From contig CAZSWP010000019.1 in assembly GCA_964610875.1 (NCBI GenBank), positions 29,881 through 66,871 of the forward strand: DNA of 36,991 nt, read 5' to 3'. Source of the DNA: an uncultured archaeon (lineage in GTDB: Archaea > Asgardarchaeota > Thorarchaeia > Thorarchaeales > Thorarchaeaceae). The notes beneath the pieces were generated by a model. That model did no database searches. It saw only the letters and a program-made list of their open reading frames with translations, and had not been told where the DNA came from. Below, piece by piece: positions 28,101 to 36,991 of this stretch; the first letter of the stretch is position 1; every line of letters starts with the position of its first letter. Both the position numbers and the translations under genes were made by a program.

Positions 28101-28892
28101 ATGGATGCTGAGGTTGCACAGATTGCATCAATGGTTCTTCATGCCAATGCATTTCTCCAAGGGCATAAGATTAGTTTTGGTTTAGACCACAGTCTTGCAC
28201 AATTCTGTTACAGTATTGAGTTCGTCACAATACCTCCTGAGGGGACTCTAGAAGATAATTCTGTTGTAGCTGGTAATCCAAATGAGTGGTTTACTTTTCT
28301 AGATAACCAAGAATTTGAAAGATTAAATCTTTACTATGGTAAAATGAATCAAGCTGAAATATCTGATAGGATTGGAGCCACCTTTGTAGGTGGTGGTAGC
28401 CGGTGGATTATCAGAGCTTTGAGAAATGAAGTTTGCAATTTATGGGAAGGTATCTGGAAAGGCGCAAAGATGAAGGGGGATAGGCACTGGAAAGTCTACT
28501 ACTATCTTCTCGCTAGTGATCAGCCATTAATATCTGAATCCATTTCTCTGAGAAAAGCGCAGTCAAGATTTAGAAGTGCATTGGATAATATCATATCTTT
28601 CGCACAGGAGAGAGAGAGTACCCGACATTGGATAGAAAATTTTGATACTGCAAAGCAAGCACTAGATGGAGAATCTCCTATCCCTGAATCAGACTACATG
28701 CCTAAGAGCTTCCTTCCAAAAGAGGCCGAACAGTTATTTGTAGCATGTTTTAATGGCTGGGTCTTTGGAGGTATGGGTTCCTGGAATGAGTACTGGTTCG
28801 AGGGAGATGTAATGGATGAATATAATCGGGTTTCAGATGAATTATATGAAGCAATCTGCATTTCTCTAATTGCTGCGGTTAACAGCGTGTGA
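28101..28892 (+). CDS. Hypothetical protein with C-terminal FGGMGSWN motif (DUF6966-like)
   Basis: Intact 263-aa ORF; WVFGGMGSWNE motif recalled from a mainly bacterial uncharacterised family. Confidence 0.7.
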   Translation: MDAEVAQIASMVLHANAFLQGHKISFGLDHSLAQFCYSIEFVTIPPEGTLEDNSVVAGNPNEWFTFLDNQEFERLNLYYGKMNQAEISDRIGATFVGGGSRWIIRALRNEVCNLWEGIWKGAKMKGDRHWKVYYYLLASDQPLISESISLRKAQSRFRSALDNIISFAQERESTRHWIENFDTAKQALDGESPIPESDYMPKSFLPKEAEQLFVACFNGWVFGGMGSWNEYWFEGDVMDEYNRVSDELYEAICISLIAAVNSV

Positions 28893-29083
28893 TTGTGGAT
28901 AAGACCTTGTGATACTCAAGGCTTTGTAATGAACCAATTATTTTCTATAGTAGAATCTCTCTTCTTTTCATGAACTGGCTATTAATACAAAGTAACTAGT
29001 CGTTCTAGAAGGAGATGATTATTGCTTTCCAATCCAGATGCTTATGATTTTACTGTGAATTTGCTTTCAGAATAATTTAGGAT

Positions 29084-29231
29084 ACGGTGGGATATGTTCA
29101 GGAGCTGATATTATTCCCAGAGATTATGAGAAGGACATAACAGGTGTTTTTTTTTTGAAAACGAAAGAAAGTGACTGGCCACACATAACTGTTTCACATG
29201 ACGATAATTCATTTACTATATTCTTTGACAA
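29084..29231 (+). repeat. Direct repeat of 34935-35080 (truncated copy of the 35004 gene plus upstream DNA)
   Basis: Long identical stretches, e.g. TGACTGGCCACACATAACTGTTTCACATGACGATAATTCATTTAC; ATG replaced within a T-run; similarity ends abruptly at 29231. Confidence 0.92.
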
Positions 29232-30027
29232 CCGTTCATTGTAAGCTAGACAGTTCTGGACACCAGAGCATTGTCTTCCCAAAAATGGTACTGGGAATGG
29301 CTCTGTGAGATCATAGTACGTGTCAGGATGACCTCAGTACTCTGGTACATTGTCTGAATATATAACTCCCTCCTGAAAAATGTCTAGGATAGTCTAGGGT
29401 TTTGGCAGCTGTTAACAACCCATATACTCCACTTTATGGTGCAGATTTTCCATATCTTCGTTGGAAATGCAAGGTCTATCGTTGTGCTATATCTTAGGGA
29501 ACTCATGGACCCAGATGTCTAGATGTTCTTTACTGGTGTAATGAAGATATGGATAAAGAAGAGAATGGAAGAGTCATTCATTTCAACTGAAATGTATGTC
29601 TTTTATGCAACTTGATTATCACAACAATCTCAGTAACAATCACAACGCCTTCACCCAAAATGAGCATGAGTGCAATTTCATCTTCACTTGTAGTGAACTT
29701 TTGGTGTCAATCTCTGTGTTAGATTAACAATTTTGAGGATGTTCAACAGACCTTTCGAAAGCACAATTCGTGATGTATATTCAATGCATCATGAATTCCA
29801 CTCAAAGTTCAATAATGAAGTGAATGTTAAGACCATACCTCGAAAATCCGTAGAAAATCATTGAATTATATCTATGAGGAAAGAACTTGACTATTTACCA
29901 AAACTGTTTTCCAATGTAAGAAATATATGCCTAGGAATCAGATGGCATATCCTTGGATGGTTTAGAAAGAAATTGAATTGACCTTAGTGTTCATTAACCT
30001 AAGTTCTTATTGGTATACTAAACTCAT

Positions 30028-31863
30028 TCATTGAGGAGCTTTCACAAATTTGATTACGAATGTTGCACCTTTCTTATAATCTCCAGGAACTCTGTCGTAG
30101 ACTTCGATAGATCCTCCATAATATTCCATAATTTCATTCACTAATGTAAGACCAATTCCTGACCCAAGATAACCAGTTTTCCTGAGGGATGCTCTCTTGA
30201 ATATGCAATCTTTAGTGTCATCCGAAATACCTTGTCCATAATCTGATATTTGGACTATAACCTTTGATTTGTCCTCATCTATGCTAATTGTAATATCTAC
30301 GTCTACTTGTGACTCGGGATTGAATCTCATAGCATTGTGGAGAATTTCATAGAAGACATCAATCAAATAATCATCTGCCATGACATAAATGGATTCAAAC
30401 TCACTCTCTATTCTAATTTTTAATTCCTTAGAAGGTTCATCCACTCGAATTCTTTGCAAAGCAGATGATAACCCTCCAAATATATCACAAGATGAGAGTG
30501 GCCGCGGTTCATCTTCAATCTTCTTAATTTTTTGGACATTATGAATTAAACGTGTACATCGTATCATTTGATGAATACCTTCGTTAATATATTCATGTCC
30601 TTCTTGGGAAATATCTTTGTTAATAAGAAGCAAATCAAAAATCCCATAGACAGCTTGGTGAATATTCGATAAATCGTGACTCATTAAATCAAGGAAAAAT
30701 TCCACTCGTTCTCGTGTGCGTTCGATTCTTTCTTCAGATTGTTTTCGTTCTGTGATATCAGACACAGTTGTCTGGACAGTTTTCTGATTACCTAGCTGGA
30801 CTATTTTTGAAAAAATCGATCCTATGAATTTTTCCCCGTTTTTCTTCTTAAGAGTTGCTTCAATACTACTCCACCCTTTCTCGTTCAATTTTTCAACAAT
30901 CTGCTTAATACATCCTTTATCTGCCAATTTAGTGAGTTTCATAGAAAGTAACTCCTCTCTTGAGAAGCCAAAAAGTTCTATGGCACTCTGATTTACATCT
31001 AACATGACACCCTCCATACTTCTAATCAAAATCGCATCTTTAGTACTGTGAAAAAGTTGACGATATTTTTCTTCACTCTTTAACAGTCTGTTTTCTACTT
31101 GCTTCCGTTCAGTGATATCTTCCTGTATGAGTAAGATGAATGATTCTGTACTGCTAGGAATTTCAACTACACTAAGACTTTCTTGAACATTGAGTTTCGA
31201 ACCTTTTGTTGTTATAAGAATAGATTCTTCATCAATGTTGAGTGAATTCTTCCTCAAGTCAATGATTTTGTTTTCGATATGTGTGTGAAACTCTGGAGCA
31301 TAAAGCATTGTGATCTGGCTATCAATAAGATCTTCCTTAGCATACCCTAAAGATGAAAGAGCAATTTTGTTAACATCTAATATTTTTCCATCTAATGAAA
31401 CCATATAGCAGTAAACAGGTGCATTCTCAAAAAAGAGTCTGAAATTTTGTTCTTTCGTTAGAATGATTTGGTCAAATTCATGTCTAAATAAAGCCATCTG
31501 AATCGAAGCATGCAAATCTTGCTCTTTAAATGGTTTCAACAAGTATCCATATGGCTTTGCCTCGCGTGCTTGTTCTAGGGTTTCATCATCTGAAAACGCA
31601 GTCAGGAATAGTACTGGAACCGAAAATCTCGCTGATATTAGTTGAGCAGCCTCAATTCCATCTATTGACCCTCCTAGTCTTATGTCCATTAGAACCAGAC
31701 TAGGATGAAGTTTTTCAACTGATTTTACTGCCTTCTCACCTGATGAAATTGACGCTACGATGTTGTAACCAAATTCTTTCAACCGTTCTTCAATCTCTAA
31801 TGCTACAATTGTTTCATCTTCAACAATCATTATGTCTATAGCTTCTATCACTATTGTCACCAC
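30028..31863 (-). CDS. Hybrid response regulator / histidine kinase (REC-PAS-PAS-HisKA-HATPase)
   Basis: IVEDE, LMDIRL, LTA, GYLLKPF; two PAS/PAC (DITERK); MSHDLSN, ILHNAMRF, DYGQGI, GSGIGL; 1-nt overlap with the upstream kinase. Confidence 0.92.
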   Translation of the reverse strand: MVTIVIEAIDIMIVEDETIVALEIEERLKEFGYNIVASISSGEKAVKSVEKLHPSLVLMDIRLGGSIDGIEAAQLISARFSVPVLFLTAFSDDETLEQAREAKPYGYLLKPFKEQDLHASIQMALFRHEFDQIILTKEQNFRLFFENAPVYCYMVSLDGKILDVNKIALSSLGYAKEDLIDSQITMLYAPEFHTHIENKIIDLRKNSLNIDEESILITTKGSKLNVQESLSVVEIPSSTESFILLIQEDITERKQVENRLLKSEEKYRQLFHSTKDAILIRSMEGVMLDVNQSAIELFGFSREELLSMKLTKLADKGCIKQIVEKLNEKGWSSIEATLKKKNGEKFIGSIFSKIVQLGNQKTVQTTVSDITERKQSEERIERTRERVEFFLDLMSHDLSNIHQAVYGIFDLLLINKDISQEGHEYINEGIHQMIRCTRLIHNVQKIKKIEDEPRPLSSCDIFGGLSSALQRIRVDEPSKELKIRIESEFESIYVMADDYLIDVFYEILHNAMRFNPESQVDVDITISIDEDKSKVIVQISDYGQGISDDTKDCIFKRASLRKTGYLGSGIGLTLVNEIMEYYGGSIEVYDRVPGDYKKGATFVIKFVKAPQ

Positions 31864-34352
31864 TATTTTCTCTTGAATCTGATAACAACTCGTGTACTTC
31901 CTCTCTGTTGTTGTTCCACTGACCCATCCAATTGTTTTTCTGCAAGACTGGTTACTAATCTCATTCCCAATGTGTCATTTTGGAATACATCGTAGTTTTC
32001 AGGAAAACCTATGCCGTTATCATAAACGGATAGTTCGAGAATGTCATCATCTATGGCATCTAAGCTGATACCAATTTCACCCGATTTGCCATCAGGAAAA
32101 GCGTATTTCAAGGAATTCGTTACTAATTCATTGATTATTAATGCACATGGAATAGCTGTGTCAATGTTGAGGAGCTTTGGTTTAATGCTGACTTTTACCT
32201 CAATTGTTTGACTTTTCATTTTAAAAGAGCTGAGTAAATATCTTGAGAGATTTTTAATGTATTTTTCAAAATCCACTCTAGCCAAATCGTCAGATTTGTA
32301 GAGAGCTTCATGTATCATTGCCATCGATCTAATACGTTGTTCACTCTCTTTGAGTAATGATTTTACTTCGTTGTCTGAAATCCTGCTCTGTTGAAGATAT
32401 AGCAGACTAGAAACAATTTGCAGATTATTCTTAACCCGATGATGAATTTCTTTCAATAATAGCTCTTTCTCTGCAAGCGATGCTGCAATTTCATTCTCGG
32501 CTTTCTTTCTCTCCGTGATGTCAATAATCGTTACGAACACCTTACGCCAGGTATCTTGATATCCTGCTGGTATCGTAAGCTGCAGGATAAGCGTTTTTCT
32601 CTCATCATTAACTAGCAATTCTGAGATTTCACTTTCAAATGACAAATCTCCTGAATACAATGCAATTACTTGTTCGAGAAAACTTGGTATCGCATCTTTA
32701 TACAGAATGTTACTTAGTGGACCAAGTATCTCCTCCTTACGCGAGAGACCATGTAAGGCTAATGTTGCTTTGTTGACATCAATGATTTGTACTAATTCTG
32801 TACAACGAAGAAGTTCATTCTCATTCTCTTGAAGATAGTTACGTAGATCTGAAACTCCCGATTCAATAAGATTGTCAAACATTTCTTTTACCTGTGAAAA
32901 ATCCTCAACCCAAAGTGAAAGAGGAGAGTCTTCAAACAGTTTGCGATAACTGCTCTCACTTTCCATCAAAGCAGCCTGAGTGGTTTCATGCTGTAGAATT
33001 TCATTCTTCAGACTCTTAGTACGCTCTTCAACAATTTTCTCCAGGTTTTCTCGTTCATTCTTTTCTATTTCGGTTGCTTTCTGTTGAGCAATATATGCAG
33101 AAATTATTGCGATAACTCCCATGGCCATAATTAGCGATGGAAGGATATTAGGATACCCCAAAGACCCAATTTCTGGTGCAATTGGAGCCGGGAGAGACTC
33201 TGTGGAAATCCTAAGTTTGGTGAAGATTAAAACTGCTGCGTAGACTGAATAGATATCCTCACCATATTGTCCTGGTTTTATTTCGCTATCTATTAGATAA
33301 TGCCCTATTGATGTTCTATTGAGCATTGATTCACGTTTCATATCGACTAGAAACCAGACCATTAAATGTGTACTCTTTATGGATATATCATTTACACTAA
33401 CATTTCCTTCATATAATGAAAACATTCTGGGTTCAGTCATGTAATTGTTAAAGAGGTAGTCAATTGTTGCATTCAAATCCATGGTTTCATTAACATAGTT
33501 CTTCCTTTCAGTATCATTGCTACCCCCAATCCACCAGAGAGAAATGAACGCCCTGAAAATTGCATAAACATCCTCTGATTCGCCATTTGGCATGTTGGCA
33601 AATCCGTTATCTGTTTCATCAATACAGCTATTCACAAATTCTGTTATTTTTTCTTTCAAAGATTCATCAAATACCCTTCCTTGATACTGATAGATATTAC
33701 CCAATGCTCTTGTAGCAAAAGACGTACATATTAATGTTGATTTTTGTTCATATACCGGGTAATCATCATCCCAAAATCCACCATCTGGATTCATATGATA
33801 CAAAATGAAATCTTCAATTGAGGTCAAGTTAAGTATCGATATGTTGAGTGCCTGAAGACAAGCAAGTGTCAGAATTGCATCACAAGTACTCCTCACGCCT
33901 GCAGGGTAACCTGGGAATTTACTGAATCCTGAAAAATTACCATCTACTGTTGAGAAATGCACATAATGCTCCATGATATATGATATAGTTGCCTGACGAT
34001 TTATTACATTGGTTTGGTTTAACTGAGAAAGGGCAATGACTGCATGTCTTGTTGTCTGTAAAGTATTCGGGTTTAGTTCTGTTGGTTCGAAAAGGCGATC
34101 TGGATTTTGAACAAAATAGCCTGAAGGATTTTGACGTATTCGGAAGTATTGAACTATATCTTCAGGAGAATAGTAGACATTATAGAGGGAATATTCCTCA
34201 AGGTCTTTTTCATATTCTGATTGAATTATTTGAACACTAATATCATAATTGAATGAAATAACTTGCATAATGCCTCCCAATACCAAGAAAATGATTGACA
34301 GAGAAATAATGTATTTTGTGAAATAATTATGAGAATATATTTCCATGTGCAA
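31863..34352 (-). CDS. Membrane sensor kinase: TM - prenyltransferase-repeat barrel - TM - PAS - HisKA_2 - HATPase
   Basis: LLKEIHHRVKNNLQ, ELVTNSLKYAF, DNGIG, TLGMRLV; extracellular region with repeats such as FILYHMNPDGGF and FVNSCIDETDNGFANMP. Confidence 0.88.
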   Translation of the reverse strand: MHMEIYSHNYFTKYIISLSIIFLVLGGIMQVISFNYDISVQIIQSEYEKDLEEYSLYNVYYSPEDIVQYFRIRQNPSGYFVQNPDRLFEPTELNPNTLQTTRHAVIALSQLNQTNVINRQATISYIMEHYVHFSTVDGNFSGFSKFPGYPAGVRSTCDAILTLACLQALNISILNLTSIEDFILYHMNPDGGFWDDDYPVYEQKSTLICTSFATRALGNIYQYQGRVFDESLKEKITEFVNSCIDETDNGFANMPNGESEDVYAIFRAFISLWWIGGSNDTERKNYVNETMDLNATIDYLFNNYMTEPRMFSLYEGNVSVNDISIKSTHLMVWFLVDMKRESMLNRTSIGHYLIDSEIKPGQYGEDIYSVYAAVLIFTKLRISTESLPAPIAPEIGSLGYPNILPSLIMAMGVIAIISAYIAQQKATEIEKNERENLEKIVEERTKSLKNEILQHETTQAALMESESSYRKLFEDSPLSLWVEDFSQVKEMFDNLIESGVSDLRNYLQENENELLRCTELVQIIDVNKATLALHGLSRKEEILGPLSNILYKDAIPSFLEQVIALYSGDLSFESEISELLVNDERKTLILQLTIPAGYQDTWRKVFVTIIDITERKKAENEIAASLAEKELLLKEIHHRVKNNLQIVSSLLYLQQSRISDNEVKSLLKESEQRIRSMAMIHEALYKSDDLARVDFEKYIKNLSRYLLSSFKMKSQTIEVKVSIKPKLLNIDTAIPCALIINELVTNSLKYAFPDGKSGEIGISLDAIDDDILELSVYDNGIGFPENYDVFQNDTLGMRLVTSLAEKQLDGSVEQQQRGSTRVVIRFKRK

Positions 34353-34458
34353 TTATCCCCCATAATGACATTATCCTATCTCCAAATTAGCAGGTTATAC
34401 AACAATAATATACGCAATTATTATTATAACGATTATGTGGTTATAGTGTCTATAGAAA

Positions 34459-34893
34459 ATGTCACCTCCCTGTACGAGTTTTGGGGTTGAGCTATTGGAT
34501 GAGGCGAAGGACCTCCTTGGTCAGTTATTCACATCGACATTGTCTGTTCCCCCCTCGAACTCGGACTCACAGTGAATCATAGCTTCAGCAAAAGCATGGG
34601 TTAAGAAGCACAATCTTTCAACTGCTGCTGACATTGTACGTGATATGCGGGAAGGATGGTCTGAAGGTGAGTCTGTAATTGAAAGGACAGATGAGGGTAT
34701 CCAAATCTGTTGCACAAAATATCCCCATGCAGATGCATATCTTGAAATAGACAGAAGGGACTATGGAATTCTATTCAAGTGTAATGAGGATTTTGCCATC
34801 GTAAAAGCTTATCCCGATATAGTTTTTCGACGGAAAAAGACTCTCGTGGAAGGCGACGATTGCTGTGATCAATTCTTTTCTAACAAGTATTAA
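34459..34893 (+). pseudogene. ATC-hydrolase-like gene, copy 2, with internal stop
   Basis: One frame from ATG 34459 (..FGVELLDEAKDLLGQ..) through an in-frame TGA near 34573 to CTKYPHADAY..CNEDF..FRRKKTLVEGDDCCD. Confidence 0.65.
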
Positions 34894-35003
34894 TCACTGA
34901 CACCTTTGGATTAAATTGTAGAAGAGTTTAAGAAACGGTGGGATGTGTTCAGGAGCTGATACTATTCTCAGAGATTATGAGAAGAATCCAACCGGTGTTT
35001 GTT

Positions 35004-35345
35004 ATGAAGACGAAAGAAACTGACTGGCCACACATAACTGTTTCACATGACGATAATTCATTTACCATATTCTTTGACAAAGGAGGAGAAGAGAAATGGG
35101 AGAAATCTTACTCTTGGGATTCAATCTCAAAAGTCTGCTTCAAATCTTATGATTATGGAGCTCCTCACTTCTGCTATCTCTTCTTCAGCGACAGTCCCGA
35201 TGAGATTATTCTGCCTGTAGAAAGTCAAGAGGGTGTTGTTGCTTTCTGGGAGGAATTAAAATCAAAGAATCTATTTGACCCCAACAAGCAGAAGTACGCT
35301 CAATATTCTAGTAGGCCTGAATTCAACTGTCATGACGTAAAATAG
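35004..35345 (+). CDS. Hypothetical protein (about 113 aa, possibly PH-like beta fold)
   Basis: ATG 35004 with GGTG RBS; SWDSISKVCFK; partial duplicate at about 29155-29231. Confidence 0.65.
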   Translation: MKTKETDWPHITVSHDDNSFTIFFDKGGEEKWEKSYSWDSISKVCFKSYDYGAPHFCYLFFSDSPDEIILPVESQEGVVAFWEELKSKNLFDPNKQKYAQYSSRPEFNCHDVK

Positions 35346-35485
35346 TATATGCCTTCCTAAATTGTGGAGGGACAGTTAGTAAGGAATTCAAGATAGAGAG
35401 AATTAGATCTAGAATCCTCCTCATTGATTCACAAAAGCAGAAATTATACATTGCTGTGGGTATTAGAGTGGGTGTGGGATAGGAC

Positions 35486-35719
35486 GTGGGTAAATCCGAG
35501 ATGGATGAACGCGGTAGGATTACAATTCCAAAGGAAATTCGAGATAAAGCAGGGCTGAAGTCAGGAGATGAGCTTTGGATTACCGTCGGCAAAGATAAGG
35601 TGACCATTGAAGAAGTAGTTAACTTGGAGAAGTTTATTGAAGAGCTGAAAGGTTGTATCACGGTTCAAGGCGATTTTGATCCAATGCAACTAAAGGAAAT
35701 CTGGAGAACCGTAGAATGA
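35486..35719 (+). CDS. vapB: AbrB/MazE-type antitoxin (VapB)
   Basis: MDERGRITIPKEIRDKAGLKSGDEL; ATGA overlap with the PIN gene. Confidence 0.9.
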   Translation: MGKSEMDERGRITIPKEIRDKAGLKSGDELWITVGKDKVTIEEVVNLEKFIEELKGCITVQGDFDPMQLKEIWRTVE

Positions 35720-36123
35720 TAATTATTGCCTCTAACATCTGGGCATATTATTTCGACAGAAGTCTTGAAGAACATAAGAAAGTAATTAGGCCCCTAGAGT
35801 CTGCATTGAAGAAGGAAGAAGTTGCTGTTAATGCTACCATTGTTGTGGAAACTTTACATTACCTTGTGAAGAGACTTGGACCGATAGCAGGTGGTGAGAA
35901 GGGTAGGGTATTTACAGCTTTGGGGATACCACTTTTTCCCTTGGACTCAGAAGCGTTGGAGATAACCAATCAGAAGTTATGTGATTTTACTCATCTTGGA
36001 ATTAGGGGGAGAGATGCTTCAATACTTGTAACAATGGAAATTGAAGATATCAAACAAATAATGACCCATGATCAAGCATTCAAAAGAGTTCCTGACCTAG
36101 CTGTTGTAGATCCGATAAAATAG
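35716..36123 (+). CDS. vapC: PIN-domain toxin (VapC), first catalytic Asp replaced by Ala
   Basis: IIIASNIW (consensus DSN/DTN), VVET, RDA, IMTHDQAF. Confidence 0.85.
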   Translation: MIIIASNIWAYYFDRSLEEHKKVIRPLESALKKEEVAVNATIVVETLHYLVKRLGPIAGGEKGRVFTALGIPLFPLDSEALEITNQKLCDFTHLGIRGRDASILVTMEIEDIKQIMTHDQAFKRVPDLAVVDPIK

Positions 36124-36181
36124 AATCGCGAAGTAACAATGTGAAAGGAACTTGATTCTGCTTCTAAGGTATCTGGATAAA

Positions 36182-36991
36182 TTACGCCTTTTTGCTAGCG
36201 GGATCTTTTGCTCTGGTCAAAACAAGAAGTGCAACTATCAGTAAAAGTGAAGCTAATACAAATGGTGCTATCTCAATAAGACCTGAATGAGATGCACCAG
36301 GTACAGGAGTAGCAGTAATGTCTGCCATGTAACCCAGTAAGATAGGTCCCACAAAAAATCCAGAATCACTAATCGTTCGATAGACTCCCATCGATATCTC
36401 CAGTTTATCTGGTGGTGTGAGGTCTGTAACATAGGCTGCGCTGGGTCCTGAAAGTCCAACAACTGCTCCATATACTACTATAGTGACTGATAAAGTCACA
36501 AAATCAGTGGCAGAGTGAATGAACAAGATACTTATTGCAGAGAGTATGAGACAGGCCGCCAAAGGTATCTTTCTCCCAATCTTGTCAGAAATACTTCCTA
36601 TTGGTGTGATTGTGAACGCTGTAGCAATTGCACCAAAGGTGAGAATTAACCCAATATCACCAGAACTCAAACCTAGATTGTTCGCTGCAAAGAGTGGGAC
36701 CAAAGTAGATCTTATTCCGGTCCTTATGAAGAACAATGTGAATATGGCAAAGGTCACTGGGAGAAATGATGGGCTAGAGATGACTTCACGCATATCTCTT
36801 AGAACTTGTCGCAGATCAAGAGATGGAATTTCAGTTTGAGCGCATGTTATATTAGGGAGGACCAGTGTGGGAATTATTCCTAATCCAGTAAGGACCGCAT
36901 AGGCGAAAAATGGCATACTCATATCGAAAGTTTCTGCAAGCAACCCTCCAAAAGTAGGTCCGAAAATGGCTCCGAGAAGTAACATTCCAAG
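36182..36991 (-). CDS. MFS transporter (5' part outside window)
   Basis: GPTFGGLLA, GSISDKIGRK motif A, GFFVGPILLGYMAD. Confidence 0.9.
   Translation of the reverse strand, partial: LGMLLLGAIFGPTFGGLLAETFDMSMPFFAYAVLTGLGIIPTLVLPNITCAQTEIPSLDLRQVLRDMREVISSPSFLPVTFAIFTLFFIRTGIRSTLVPLFAANNLGLSSGDIGLILTFGAIATAFTITPIGSISDKIGRKIPLAACLILSAISILFIHSATDFVTLSVTIVVYGAVVGLSGPSAAYVTDLTPPDKLEISMGVYRTISDSGFFVGPILLGYMADITATPVPGASHSGLIEIAPFVLASLLLIVALLVLTRAKDPASKKA

Noticed and set aside
29088-29119. Imperfect hairpin with one apparent compensatory change between the duplicated copies
   Set aside because: Several bulges required, and the segment reads as a coding remnant (F..RWD.FR) in both copies
25620-36130. 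Integron cassette array
   Set aside because: No integrase and no recurring attC-like RYYYAAC..GTTRRRY palindromes found by eye
429-36839. Numerous short antisense or nested ORFs in the six-frame track
   Set aside because: They are shadows of well-supported genes and lack independent motifs

Overview
Archaeal chromosomal segment (TFB genes, BRE/TATA promoters, GGAGG/GGTGA ribosome-binding sites). Asgard, probably Thorarchaeia-like, is an inference from gene content and the Ig-like surface repeats. The left part (1-15.5 kb) is mostly housekeeping and metal/redox genes: SDR-type threonine dehydrogenase, NADH oxidase/CoA-disulfide reductase, a macrodomain + macro-like + Nudix cluster, two tandem tfb paralogs, a feoA-feoB(split)-membrane-feoC operon under a DtxR-like palindrome, a GH114-like protein, a LarA homolog, cysS and a TPR protein. 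The middle carries a Cys-rich PadR regulator divergent from arsM, a comDE-like pair and a 1693-aa membrane-anchored serine protease. The right part (25.6-36.1 kb) is a plastic region with many gene fragments, a truncated TnpB-like ORF, a duplicated block flanking an AT-rich two-component locus whose sensor kinase has an extracellular prenyltransferase-repeat barrel, and a vapBC pair with a mutated catalytic Asp. All family calls come from motif recognition by eye; no searches were run.
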